IMG/VR virus record: IMGVR_UViG_3300011244_000001
From: a virus
Reading direction: 5' to 3' (one strand)
Length of the DNA stretch: 58,634 nt
Notes under the pieces: model-generated
Seen by the model: the letters and a program-made list of their open reading frames with translations, nothing else
Databases searched by the model: none
Told to the model about the DNA's origin: nothing
Program-made: the position numbers and the translations under genes
Shown here: positions 1 to 8,655 of the stretch, piece after piece
Numbering within the stretch: position 1 is the stretch's first letter
How the letters are laid out: each line of letters begins with the position of its first letter

Positions 1-77
1 CCGTGAACCAAGCGCATGACGATCCAGGCGTGCTTGAGCCAGAGCTTTACTGCGTAGCGCAACGCCCGACGATGAGC
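1..77. repeat. Terminal direct overlap: bases 1-77 are identical to 58558-58634 (circular or terminally redundant genome)
   Basis: Base-by-base comparison of both ends: ccgtgaaccaagcgcatgacgatccagg...aacgcccgacgatgagc occurs at both. Confidence 0.95.
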
Positions 78-575
78 CACGACGGGCTTGTACCCACGAT
101 GCAGTTCGTATAGACGTCGCTTGTCATAGATGGGGCGGTAAGGGCATTTCTTAGCGAGGATGTACTTCCGTAGCGACCCAATCGCCCGCGCTGCTGCCGG
201 GTTCCAGGTTACTTTCGCCGCCCCCAACGCCCGCGCCTTTAGCTGTGATGTATTCCAGACGACAGCGAGGCCACAGAAAGCCCACAGAGCGGCAGGGGAA
301 GAAGCCCGCTCTATGTCCACCGTAGAGAACAGTTCTGCGACCATGATGCCGTTGAGGTACAGAACTCCTCGTGCTGCACGCATGAATGGATCGTGCGCGA
401 TTCGTTGATAGAGGATGGCCCGGTATCCCAGGCGCGTCTCGGTCAGCCGGGCCAGCAGAATCTCCATCGCAGCAGCGGCGTCGGGTTGGTTGTGGGCGCG
501 AAGGTTATTGATGCGGGCATGGAGCGACTTAGACAGGCGCGTGTAATACGAGTAGACGTAGACAACCTCGCGCAA
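1..575 (-). CDS. Hypothetical protein, N-terminal part of a junction-spanning gene that continues at 58557..58461. The C-terminal two thirds look like an IS110-type Transposase_20/HhH domain (tentative).
   Basis: Absent from the ORF track because it has no in-window stop. The minus frame is open from TTG 575 (first ATG 467) to base 1: ...MEILLARLTETRLGYRAILY...LNGIMVAELFSTVDIERASSPAALWAFCGLAVV...AHRRALRYAVKLWLKHAWIVMRLVH. Plus ORFs 160..408 and 393..599 are its antisense shadows. Confidence 0.6.
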   Translation of the reverse strand, partial: MREVVYVYSYYTRLSKSLHARINNLRAHNQPDAAAAMEILLARLTETRLGYRAILYQRIAHDPFMRAARGVLYLNGIMVAELFSTVDIERASSPAALWAFCGLAVVWNTSQLKARALGAAKVTWNPAAARAIGSLRKYILAKKCPYRPIYDKRRLYELHRGYKPVVAHRRALRYAVKLWLKHAWIVMRLVH

Positions 576-576
576 C

Positions 577-849
577 TCAGGGGTTATACTCTTCACTAGC
601 CGTCACCCTCAAAATAAATTCCATACGTTTATTGCCGTTAAGAATATATTCATCGTAGAGCGCCGGTTCATTGGTATAGCGCTCTTCTATCTGAATCAAT
701 ACGGGCCGTTTGTCGAACATGCCTCGCCTATCAAGTTCCTGCATCAGTCCTCTACCTACCTGCTCAAGAGCTTCGTAGCGTATATACTCGCGCTCCTCAT
801 CGTTGGCGCGAAGGCGAATGAGTTTAGATACACTGAATACTTTGTCCAT
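577..849 (-). CDS. Hypothetical protein (90 aa)
   Basis: ORF in the operon. Its start abuts the primase stop (851), and its stop at 577 abuts the next gene. Confidence 0.6.
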   Translation of the reverse strand: MDKVFSVSKLIRLRANDEEREYIRYEALEQVGRGLMQELDRRGMFDKRPVLIQIEERYTNEPALYDEYILNGNKRMEFILRVTASEEYNP

Positions 850-850
850 A

Positions 851-1783
851 CTATAACTCCCTTGTTGCCTGATTGATATACAGGTTGATGTCCCTGGCCG
901 TCCAGCCGGACAGGAATATCAGGTCGTCTATCTTGTCTGGTAGCTGCACGTACCGCGCCCGCTCCCCAAAGGCAGCGCCAATCCTCTGCGCCCGAACATG
1001 TCCAGAGCGGTCGGGCTGGAACGTGTCGGGATCGGTAGCCATATACACCCTCGGCCAGTTCAAGTCTGCTATCTCTGCGATCACTCTCGACTCAGGCGTG
1101 GCGTTTGGCAGGGAAAGGATGGCGAGGGGCATATTGGCTTCAAATAGTAGCTCTTGTGCGCTTACCATGCCCTTGATTGCTCCTTCTAGTAGTAAGAGAG
1201 GCTGGGCAGATGGGTCTACGTCAGGCATGGTCCAGAAGGCGGGGGTCATCACGTCGGGGGTCGCCGCGTAGCGCATCGGCGCATCGTCTGAGTCCATGCG
1301 GTACTGAATGGTACGCACGTCGCCGCTGTTATTTTTGTAGGGGATGGTTAGCGCGGGGTAGGGAACGTGAGGACAGCGATGCGTGTAGCCGAGGTTCCAG
1401 TAGTTTTGCGAGTCAGGCTTGACGCCGCGTGCCAGCCATTTGTCCTCCCGTAGTTGCGCGTCCCGGTCGTGCCAGCCCTGCCAGTATGCCTCCTCCTGTA
1501 GCCGCTTGACCAATGCACTTTCCCGCACCAATCTTTCTTCCTGCCGTTCTTGATTGCGCTGGATAGCAGCAGTAATCTCTTCGGGCGTCACCTTGTCGTC
1601 GAGCCAGCCCTGTCGGTTACAAACGCTGCACCAGTAGCGCGGGCGCTCGTTGTCCCAGATGATGAAGCGGTCAGTGCCGCCGCACCAGGGACAAGAGGAT
1701 GAGAAGGATTTTTGTCGTCGTGAGTGAACTTTTAGGTTGGGTAGAGAGCCGAATTTAGCGTGAACAGCGGGCGATAGATGCAT
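851..1783 (-). CDS. DNA primase (Zn-ribbon + TOPRIM)
   Basis: Zn-ribbon CPWCGGTDRFIIWDNERPRYWCSVCNRQGW. TOPRIM-like LLLLEGAIKG (E-G) and YMATDPD (DxD) motifs. Confidence 0.7.
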   Translation of the reverse strand: MHLSPAVHAKFGSLPNLKVHSRRQKSFSSSCPWCGGTDRFIIWDNERPRYWCSVCNRQGWLDDKVTPEEITAAIQRNQERQEERLVRESALVKRLQEEAYWQGWHDRDAQLREDKWLARGVKPDSQNYWNLGYTHRCPHVPYPALTIPYKNNSGDVRTIQYRMDSDDAPMRYAATPDVMTPAFWTMPDVDPSAQPLLLLEGAIKGMVSAQELLFEANMPLAILSLPNATPESRVIAEIADLNWPRVYMATDPDTFQPDRSGHVRAQRIGAAFGERARYVQLPDKIDDLIFLSGWTARDINLYINQATREL

Positions 1784-1837
1784 ATGTTTTTCTCCTAATT
1801 TTGGGGTTGGTCTTACATTATAGGCAGATGAGGGAGC

Positions 1838-1866
1838 TTGTCAATACACTGAAAGCTATGTTAATC
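1838..1866 (+). promoter_or_regulatory. Candidate sigma70-type promoter for the plus block, implying a near-leaderless mRNA
   Basis: TTGTCA (1838-1843), 17-nt spacer, TTAATC (1861-1866). The ATG of the first plus gene is at 1875, only about 9 nt downstream. Confidence 0.4.
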
Positions 1867-1874
1867 TTGCGCTT

Positions 1875-2132
1875 ATGAAACCTTTGTGGATAGACATAGA
1901 AACATCATTGCGACTCGATAAGCTCATCCAAAAAGCGTCGGGAGAACCAAGTAGCTATACCAGTAGACAAGCCACCATCCAACACGGCAAGCTCATTATC
2001 CCTATCATCAAAGTAATAGAGGGACAGTGGCGCGAACCCATCCCTTTACGGCAGGACGAAATAGACCTCTTTGACATGCTGGATACAATAGACGGTAACT
2101 ACCAGGCAAACAATGAACAACAAGACAATTAA
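1875..2132 (+). CDS. Hypothetical protein (85 aa)
   Basis: First ORF of a three-gene plus-strand block with protein-like composition. Confidence 0.55.
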   Translation: MKPLWIDIETSLRLDKLIQKASGEPSSYTSRQATIQHGKLIIPIIKVIEGQWREPIPLRQDEIDLFDMLDTIDGNYQANNEQQDN

Positions 2133-2382
2133 CTTCAAAGATCGCCCAACCCCCGGTCAACAGGGCGTGATTAAACTGATTGACCTCGACAAGTGGGCCG
2201 AACCCGCCTCGTTCTCCGTCGAAATCGTTGACGTATACGAGCGCGACGTACCGTTTGATGGCGTGTGGCTCCGCGAATGGGGTAAGCCCCCAATGGTTAA
2301 AACGGCAACGGTGACATTGTTGTATGAGGGGCAGGAAGTGATACGTGATGCACGATGGAGAGGACTTGATGGGTATTATTGA
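2113..2382 (+). CDS. Hypothetical protein (89 aa)
   Basis: Overlaps the previous stop in operon style. The antisense ORF 2008..2412 looks spurious. Confidence 0.55.
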   Translation: MNNKTINFKDRPTPGQQGVIKLIDLDKWAEPASFSVEIVDVYERDVPFDGVWLREWGKPPMVKTATVTLLYEGQEVIRDARWRGLDGYY

Positions 2383-2791
2383 ACAGTTAGACGGCGCCAT
2401 TCTCGCCCACATCGTCCCGGCTCACTTCATACCAGCCCGCATTGATAGCGAAGGCATCCCTCAGTCCGCCCATGTCGTACCAACCCGTTCCTTCTTCTGG
2501 GCCAGACCTTACGAGGGTCCGCCCGTACCTGGCGACGTCCACTGTGTTGCCTCGTTTGTGATGTGGCAGTCGAGGGGGGGCGAGCTGTTGCTGCACAATG
2601 ACGCAATAGAGGCGCTGGCCCACACATTGGCAACTCGCGCCTTTAGAGCGTATCGTTTCGTTCCTGGCCGGTATGACGACGACTGGATGGTGCGGGCGGT
2701 ATCAAAACAACGCCCGTTTATCCTGACCGAGCAAGGCCCCGGCTCCCTGCTACCTACCCTGTACGCTGCCTGGCAAGTAGCAGGGATATAA
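2369..2791 (+). CDS. Hypothetical protein (about 140 aa)
   Basis: The track ORF starts at 2345. ATG 2369 (MGIIEQLDG) overlaps the upstream stop and is the more likely start. Confidence 0.5.
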   Translation: MGIIEQLDGAILAHIVPAHFIPARIDSEGIPQSAHVVPTRSFFWARPYEGPPVPGDVHCVASFVMWQSRGGELLLHNDAIEALAHTLATRAFRAYRFVPGRYDDDWMVRAVSKQRPFILTEQGPGSLLPTLYAAWQVAGI

Positions 2792-2811
2792 ACTAGCTAA
2801 AGCTAATATAG

Positions 2812-3123
2812 TTATTCCAGGAACTCAGCCCCCAGGACGGCACCCAGCACCTCGCCGTCCTTCGGCTCCCCATCTTCCTTTCGACTCCAATAGTTAATCA
2901 TCCCCACGATAGCCGTGCGCTCCTCTGAGCGGGTGCGCGAGAACTGTACGCTGGTCCAGCCAACGACGATGACGCCAACGGCTGCCAGGAGAGCGCCAAC
3001 GGCTTGCACCCACACGTCAATCTCGGCAACGCGGCCAGGGAAGTAGAAGTACGCCAGGGGGATGCCTAACGCGATGAGCATAGAAATGAACTGTAGGATC
3101 AATTCCGTCCGTGTTTGCTGCAT
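2812..3123 (-). CDS. Small membrane protein (2 TM)
   Basis: Hydrophobic spans LILQFISMLIALGIPLAYFYF and VQAVGALLAAVGVIVVGW. Last gene of the tail operon, convergent with the plus block. Confidence 0.6.
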   Translation of the reverse strand: MQQTRTELILQFISMLIALGIPLAYFYFPGRVAEIDVWVQAVGALLAAVGVIVVGWTSVQFSRTRSEERTAIVGMINYWSRKEDGEPKDGEVLGAVLGAEFLE

Positions 3124-3438
3124 GTCATTTATTCCTTTGAGAACATTAAAGTGTTCTCATAAACTTGCAAAATGGTCCTTCACGATGGTATGCTTCTTGG
3201 TAGAAGCAGTAGGGTAGGCCCAAAACTCTTTCTAATTCCATTCATTTTCTTTGGGTAAGATGAATACACGAAGAAGAAGTTGCTATAACCCTAACAAGAA
3301 AGAACGGCAGGAAGAAAAGGGTACGGTATCCCTGGATACTGGCGATTAAACGAATCAAATAATCCCCCTGTCCCTATTTCCCTCCAATAGCACCATTTAT
3401 TTTCTTGCTTGCTACTCTAAATCGCACGTTCACAATCT

Positions 3439-3756
3439 TTAGATTGCTCTTTCCACTTCCCAATCTTCCATCATTGACTTATCCATATCACCGATGCCGA
3501 ACGTAGCGATGAACTGCACGCGAAACTTACCGGCGTCAGCGACGTCGGCTGTCCCGTAATCCCACTCGAACGCGCCATTGGGACCGCTCGTGATGGTTAG
3601 CGTGCCGGTGATGGCACGGTCATTACCGCTTACCCTGTCCTCGATTCGACCGGACATGACAGCGCCAACCAACACTACCGGATCGCCATCGGCGTCTATC
3701 CAGGTGATGGCCTGCGGCGTATGTGAGGCCCCCTGTACCGCTCGTGCGAGAGCCAT
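3439..3756 (-). CDS. Small tail-fibre-associated structural protein
   Basis: 105-aa ORF immediately downstream of the fibre genes, with beta-rich composition. Confidence 0.45.
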   Translation of the reverse strand: MALARAVQGASHTPQAITWIDADGDPVVLVGAVMSGRIEDRVSGNDRAITGTLTITSGPNGAFEWDYGTADVADAGKFRVQFIATFGIGDMDKSMMEDWEVERAI

Positions 3757-3759
3757 GAG

Positions 3760-4167
3760 CTAGTCCAGGTTGATGACCAACGCGCCAACTGCGAATTTCG
3801 CCGTATCACCGCTGCCGACCACCTTACTCGTGGTCAAGTCGCCCCAGACCAGGAAGTTCCCAGCAGTTGCAGCATCAAGGATAGCAAAGGCGACAACCGT
3901 ACCCCACGACGCAGAGGCAGTAGGGAAGGTGATTTCACCGTCGTTTGCCATTGAGCCAGCCGCAGCCACGCCGAACAGGGTGTTGGCGTTGACACGAGCG
4001 TATGAGCCTCCCGTTACCTCGGTCCCGCCCCCCGCGTCTGTCGGGGCCGCCGTGTAGAGTGCCACATAGGGCGTTGGGGCAGTATAGCCGCCGTTCCCGC
4101 CGATGTGATCCAAGAGTTCCAATTCCAAGAAGTTGCTGAATGAACCAGCCATAAGAATATCCCCCAA
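3760..4167 (-). CDS. Small fibre or receptor-binding accessory protein
   Basis: 135 aa, Gly/Ala/Thr-rich (YVALYTAAPTDAGGGTEVTGGSYARV). Directly follows the 1132-aa fibre gene. Confidence 0.45.
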   Translation of the reverse strand: MGDILMAGSFSNFLELELLDHIGGNGGYTAPTPYVALYTAAPTDAGGGTEVTGGSYARVNANTLFGVAAAGSMANDGEITFPTASASWGTVVAFAILDAATAGNFLVWGDLTTSKVVGSGDTAKFAVGALVINLD

Positions 4168-4170
4168 ACG

Positions 4171-7100
4171 TTAAACTGATACGATATTACCAGACGATCT
4201 CACTGTTCCGCGCCTACCAACCCCTCTAATGGTTCCCGAAAATACAGATACCGGCGTCGGTTCCAGGGTTGCTACTGCGCCCGCCTGACCGCTGCTTAGG
4301 CCAAAGAGCGGCAGGGAAATAGTGAACGAGTCTGCTGTGCTGCCTTGTCCTGCCGAGCTTCCCGTAAGCTGAACGAGATTGACGAGCGTGGCAGCGTTGC
4401 TTGATTGCGCTTGCACGCTGGCTACAAGTCCGTCTATGAGGACGAGGCTTGCAGCAATAGACGATTGTACTTCAACGTCAGCTACAAGCGCAACTGCTGT
4501 CGGGTTAAGGTCGCCAACTATCCCGCCCTGACCGTCCACCTGCCCTGCTAAGGCAAGCCCAACTGCTGTTGTTGCCGAGAAAGTGGAGAGGGCGTTGACG
4601 GTTGCCGCGAGATTGCGGTCTATACCAAGAGGAGCAGCCGTGCTGGACTGACCACTTGCTGTTGCAGACAGCGGCTTGGCGACGACCAAATCAGCGGCAA
4701 CGGATGATTGCGGGCTGACGGAAGCGGCCAATGTCCCTGTCACGACTGCCATGTTTGCGCTGGTACTGGCGACCCCTGCGCTGGACCCGACTAAAGTATG
4801 GGCCACCATCACGTTCGCCGCAATGGAAGCAACCCCGGTAGACGAACCGGCAAGCGGTAAGCGCAGGGTCATGGTCGCTGAATCTGACGACTGCGCGACG
4901 ATATTGGCCCCTAGCTGAATACCTGCCCCTGGCTCAACACAGTCATCGCCCTCCCATACGGCGAGCCATTCGTTAGCGTAGCGTTGGCCGAAGAGAAGCG
5001 TACCGGCTGTGTCGAAGTGCGCTGTGCTTGTTACCCACTCGGACAAATCAGCCGTTTCGACAAGGGCGACATGATGCCCGTTTGTCTCTACGTCGCGCAC
5101 GACGGCGTCTATAATCGGGAAGCCGGAACTCTCGGCATGAGTATGCGGGGCCATAAATACAACGGCCAGGTTAGAGTCGGCGGCATCGCTGCGGTGAGAG
5201 GTGATGAGGCGTTCTAGACGGGCCTCGTAAGCAGTCGCGTCTCCGCTTACGGGTGTATCAGCCTCGATCTGCGCCCACATGATGCCAGCTAGCTTCACGT
5301 CGTCAACGTCAGGAAGCGCCAGAGCTTTGCTGATCGCCAGGTTAATCAGTTCTTGGACATCATCGTACTCGGCTCCAACACAGGACAAGCTAGAACACCA
5401 ATTGGTGATAGACGCCCCTCCGAGACTCGCCTTAGCAAACAGAACCTTGCGCCCAGGTAAGGCAGTTCGCAGTACTTCGTACATGCCCAACTCGATCCCG
5501 AACCCATCCACGCTTTGGGAGCCGTCCGATGGTAGCGCGGCGTAGTCAGTACCCAGCCCCCCTTGCGGGTAGTAAATCTGTAACTCTCCCCCTGCCGTCT
5601 GCCAGTATCCGCTCAACTCGGACCAATCGCCCTGTGCGCCAGCGTTGGACTGACCGTTGATGATGAACAACAGCGCCGGGGGTTCTGGACAGGCAGATAG
5701 ATTCGCTCCGGCAATACTAGCTGCCGCATTAACTGTCCCGGCCAGCGGTAGGCGCTCAGTAAGAGGGGCTACAATTCCCGATTGTGCATTGACGGCAGCA
5801 ATAAGCGGGATAGCTGACCCAACAGCGGCGACAATACTTGACTGTGCGTTGATGGTCGAGGCCAGGGGAATCCCTAGCGCGAGAGAGGCACTGATAGACG
5901 ATGTAGTGCTGACTGCGCTGGCGAGCGACAGGGGAGAGGTTAGGGATGATGATTGGTCGCTGACCGCGTTGATGGTCGAGGCCAACGGTAGGCGTTGGGT
6001 AAGCGGGGCTACAATACTTGATTGTGCGTTTGCGGTAGCCTCGAACGAGATGTTGGTTATTAACCCGGCAGCGATGCCAGACTGTGCGCTAATGACAGCA
6101 TCTAAGGCTACTTGCCCTATTGTATCGAGCGAGGAGGAGCTTGTAGATGATTGCGCGTTGACAGAAGAGGCCAGTAGTAAGTCCAGCGCGAGAGAGGCAC
6201 TGATAGACGCTCCCCCGTTGGCGGAGGCAGCAAGCGGCAGGCCAGAGGTCAGGGATGACGATTGACTACTTGCCGCGTTGATGGTTGTAGCCAATTCTAG
6301 GAGTTTGGTAAGCGGGGCCACAATGCTCGACTGTGCATTTATGGCAGCCCCGAACGAGATATTGGTTGTTAGCTCAGCGGCAATGCTCGATTGTGCGTTG
6401 ACGGTCGAGGTAACAACGATGCTCGCCGTTGGCGATGCTGCTATAGATGACTGTGCGGTAATGGCTGTGGCTAGAGGACGGGCAATGGCCAGGACTGACG
6501 ATTGGCTGCTAACGGCGTTGATAGTAGCAGCGAGTTCAACGAGTGACGGGGCCTGTTTGACCTCAAGGGCCGTTGTCACCGTGCGCCCGTTTGTATCCGA
6601 TGTTGAGCTAACCGTGTAGGCGCTGGCCGTTGCCGCCACGATATAAACGTCAGTGTAGGCCAAGTCTCCGGCAGCCGAAGTGGTACCGGTAATTCCATCG
6701 GTTAGTTCGACGTTGCCGCTACCCGGCGTCCAGGCAGTATGCGTTTGGTATGTTTTAGCTACCGCACCCAAGATCAGGCTATTGGCAACGGTAGTTGTGA
6801 TAGCAACCGGGAGATTCGTGGTCGTCCCGGCGTCCTGCGCTGTCTCGTCGGCCCCATTTGGTGCGGTCTGGTGCGCTCCTGGCACGGTAATAACGGTTAT
6901 TTCGTCGGCCAGATTGACGGTTCCGTTATAGACAACATTGACGCCTTGCGTGCCTGGCGGGGGATTGATGAGGTAGTAGACATCAATCGAGAGCCAGTTA
7001 GTTCCTGAGTAGTTATACGAGATGCTGGCCCCGGTCAGCTTGGTTAAAGGTCTGCCCTTGATGGTGGCAGTAGAGACGAGGCGCTGGTTAAGGCTGTCCC

Positions 7101-7569
7101 TGATCTTGGCAATCAGGTAGGTTACACGATTGGCCTCTGTCCCGCCGTCGTGATTAAACAATGCGCTCGACCGGTCGGCAGCGGTGACAGAGTTGGCGTT
7201 AACCGTTGTCTTTATCTTGGCTGGGTCAATCCCAGCCGCGCCCGCAACTACCTCTTTTGTTGCCAGTGTGGGGTCGTATTCTAGCGGCCCCCACTCGCGC
7301 TGTGCGCCCACAACAACAATGCCGCGTGCGTCCTGAGTAGGCGGGGCTGTACCGGCTAAGTTGACGAGCGGGGAGTAAGAGGCGTGACCGAAAGGGGTAA
7401 CAAAGTTCGGGGAGCGAACAAGCCCGCTGTCTAGCTCAAGTGGTCCCCACTCCCGTTCTGCTCCCAGCACAGTTCTCCCCCGCGCATCACTGGTAGGGGG
7501 CGATGTGCCAGCTAGGTTAACTAGCGGCGAGTAGGAAGCATGATCGAAAGGGGTGAGGATTTTAGCCAC
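4171..7569 (-). CDS. Tail fibre with an internal SASA/SGNH-type carbohydrate esterase domain flanked by NAQSS-type repeats
   Basis: Esterase motifs FIINGQSNAGAQGD, KASLGGASITNW, GIMWAQIEAD and AHFDTAG resemble the sialate O-acetylesterase family. There is a tandem 52-aa N-terminal duplication and about 14-aa repeats xxNAQSSIxAxL on both sides of the esterase. Confidence 0.75.
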   Translation of the reverse strand: MAKILTPFDHASYSPLVNLAGTSPPTSDARGRTVLGAEREWGPLELDSGLVRSPNFVTPFGHASYSPLVNLAGTAPPTQDARGIVVVGAQREWGPLEYDPTLATKEVVAGAAGIDPAKIKTTVNANSVTAADRSSALFNHDGGTEANRVTYLIAKIRDSLNQRLVSTATIKGRPLTKLTGASISYNYSGTNWLSIDVYYLINPPPGTQGVNVVYNGTVNLADEITVITVPGAHQTAPNGADETAQDAGTTTNLPVAITTTVANSLILGAVAKTYQTHTAWTPGSGNVELTDGITGTTSAAGDLAYTDVYIVAATASAYTVSSTSDTNGRTVTTALEVKQAPSLVELAATINAVSSQSSVLAIARPLATAITAQSSIAASPTASIVVTSTVNAQSSIAAELTTNISFGAAINAQSSIVAPLTKLLELATTINAASSQSSSLTSGLPLAASANGGASISASLALDLLLASSVNAQSSTSSSSLDTIGQVALDAVISAQSGIAAGLITNISFEATANAQSSIVAPLTQRLPLASTINAVSDQSSSLTSPLSLASAVSTTSSISASLALGIPLASTINAQSSIVAAVGSAIPLIAAVNAQSGIVAPLTERLPLAGTVNAAASIAGANLSACPEPPALLFIINGQSNAGAQGDWSELSGYWQTAGGELQIYYPQGGLGTDYAALPSDGSQSVDGFGIELGMYEVLRTALPGRKVLFAKASLGGASITNWCSSLSCVGAEYDDVQELINLAISKALALPDVDDVKLAGIMWAQIEADTPVSGDATAYEARLERLITSHRSDAADSNLAVVFMAPHTHAESSGFPIIDAVVRDVETNGHHVALVETADLSEWVTSTAHFDTAGTLLFGQRYANEWLAVWEGDDCVEPGAGIQLGANIVAQSSDSATMTLRLPLAGSSTGVASIAANVMVAHTLVGSSAGVASTSANMAVVTGTLAASVSPQSSVAADLVVAKPLSATASGQSSTAAPLGIDRNLAATVNALSTFSATTAVGLALAGQVDGQGGIVGDLNPTAVALVADVEVQSSIAASLVLIDGLVASVQAQSSNAATLVNLVQLTGSSAGQGSTADSFTISLPLFGLSSGQAGAVATLEPTPVSVFSGTIRGVGRRGTVRSSGNIVSV

Positions 7570-8456
7570 TAGCTCACCATTTCAAAGAACCAGCGAGTAT
7601 CAAGCAGGGGCGGGAAGGCGTTGGAGTTTGCCCCTGCCGTCACGCTGGTCAGATTGGTTCCGTTGTCGAAGAGCGAGTTGTAGTTCTCGACAATCTCCCC
7701 TGTCGCTGTAGCCTGCATCCCCGTTGTGCAGTAGGACATAGTACAGTTATTGACGGTGATGGTCTGACCCCCGGCTAATGCCGTTGCCACACGCACGCCG
7801 CGTTCACTGTACTGAATCAGGCAGTTACGTATAGTGATGCCGCCTACCCGCGTTGAGGCTATGCCATCACCCCCACCAAAGATAAAGCAGTTCTCGACGA
7901 CATGAGCGGCAGTACTGACGGTCGCGCTATGGGTAAACAGAATACAGGTATTTGCTCCCTGCCGTTTGGTGAAATAGCAGTTGCGAATGACGTTTGTGGT
8001 ACCTGTCCCGCCTACGCTGATGTGTTGCGCCCCGGTCGCTGGGCCAAAGTAACAATTTTCGATAATCCAGTTACCGCAGGCGGTTATCAGCGTAATGCCT
8101 GCCCCGGTCGTCAGGTCAATAGTAAAGCCCTTAAATGTTCTGTAGTTTTTGGAGGTTGCGGTAATGGCATTGGCGCGTACTTCCGTTTGGTCGTTGTCGC
8201 TACCGGTAATCCTGACTGGCCCCCCTACGCCATCGGTATTCGTGCCGAGAAAATCACCAATGTAGGTAATGGGGTTCCCAGCCGATCCACTGACATCAAC
8301 GGTCAGCAACTCACGGTAGGTCCCTGGCCCGACATAAACGGTATCACCAGCGACAACGGGGGTATCCTCCACCCCATTCAAGGTGAGTTTCCTTAACGCC
8401 CATGTTAGGCCGCTATTGGCATCACTGCCGCCTATTCCAACATAGCGAGTAGCCAC
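7569..8456 (-). CDS. Right-handed beta-helix (pectate-lyase-fold) tail protein
   Basis: Periodic NCYF / RNCYF / ENCFI / RNCLI / NNCT turns. GTG start at 8456 preceded by GGAGG. Confidence 0.6.
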   Translation of the reverse strand: MATRYVGIGGSDANSGLTWALRKLTLNGVEDTPVVAGDTVYVGPGTYRELLTVDVSGSAGNPITYIGDFLGTNTDGVGGPVRITGSDNDQTEVRANAITATSKNYRTFKGFTIDLTTGAGITLITACGNWIIENCYFGPATGAQHISVGGTGTTNVIRNCYFTKRQGANTCILFTHSATVSTAAHVVENCFIFGGGDGIASTRVGGITIRNCLIQYSERGVRVATALAGGQTITVNNCTMSYCTTGMQATATGEIVENYNSLFDNGTNLTSVTAGANSNAFPPLLDTRWFFEMVS

Positions 8457-8465
8457 TATTGCCTC

Positions 8466-8651
8466 CTAGAAGAGCAGTTCGTCGCTCTCTTCTTCCCCTG
8501 CCGCTCTTTCTTCTCTGGGCGATTCCAATAGCCGTCGCAATTCAAATAATGCGCCGTCAATGCTGGCTAGTTGCCGCTCGGCGCTCTGGACAAGCTGAAT
8601 TTTAAGAGCCTCTAGCTCTTGTACACGAAGTTCAATCGCTTCTTTGTTCAT
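8466..8651 (-). CDS. Small coiled-coil protein (61 aa)
   Basis: The track ORF 8466..8744 overlaps the 1747-aa gene. ATG 8651 (MNKEAIELRVQELEALK) lies just after that gene's stop at 8656. Confidence 0.45.
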   Translation of the reverse strand: MNKEAIELRVQELEALKIQLVQSAERQLASIDGALFELRRLLESPREERAAGEEESDELLF

Positions 8652-8655
8652 TGGC

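Noticed and set aside
1-575. Calling the Transposase_20-like gene a mobile element (IS110 family).
   Set aside because: There is no DEDD catalytic domain, no terminal repeats and no obvious flanking non-coding RNA region. The gene is embedded in the replication operon.
160-599. Plus ORFs 160..408 and 393..599 at the left end.
   Set aside because: The minus strand is open across the whole region and continues in frame across the circular junction into 58557..58461. The plus ORFs are antisense shadows.
3139-3158. GAGAACA-ttaaag-TGTTCTC hairpin upstream of gene 2812..3123 as a LexA box.
   Set aside because: The half-site spacing is N8, not N4. It is more likely a 5'-UTR hairpin next to the SD.
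5657-6265. Long plus-strand ORFs inside minus-strand genes. Examples: 5657..6265, 6278..6619, 7902..8396, 13172..13645, 15768..16157, 16434..16874, 16914..17396, 22960..23424, 29041..29487, 29756..30238, 38242..38904, 48195..48599, 56482..56982.
   Set aside because: They lie antisense to genes with clear family signatures or operon logic. They have Arg/Ser/Ala/Pro-rich shadow-ORF composition and lack SD sequences.
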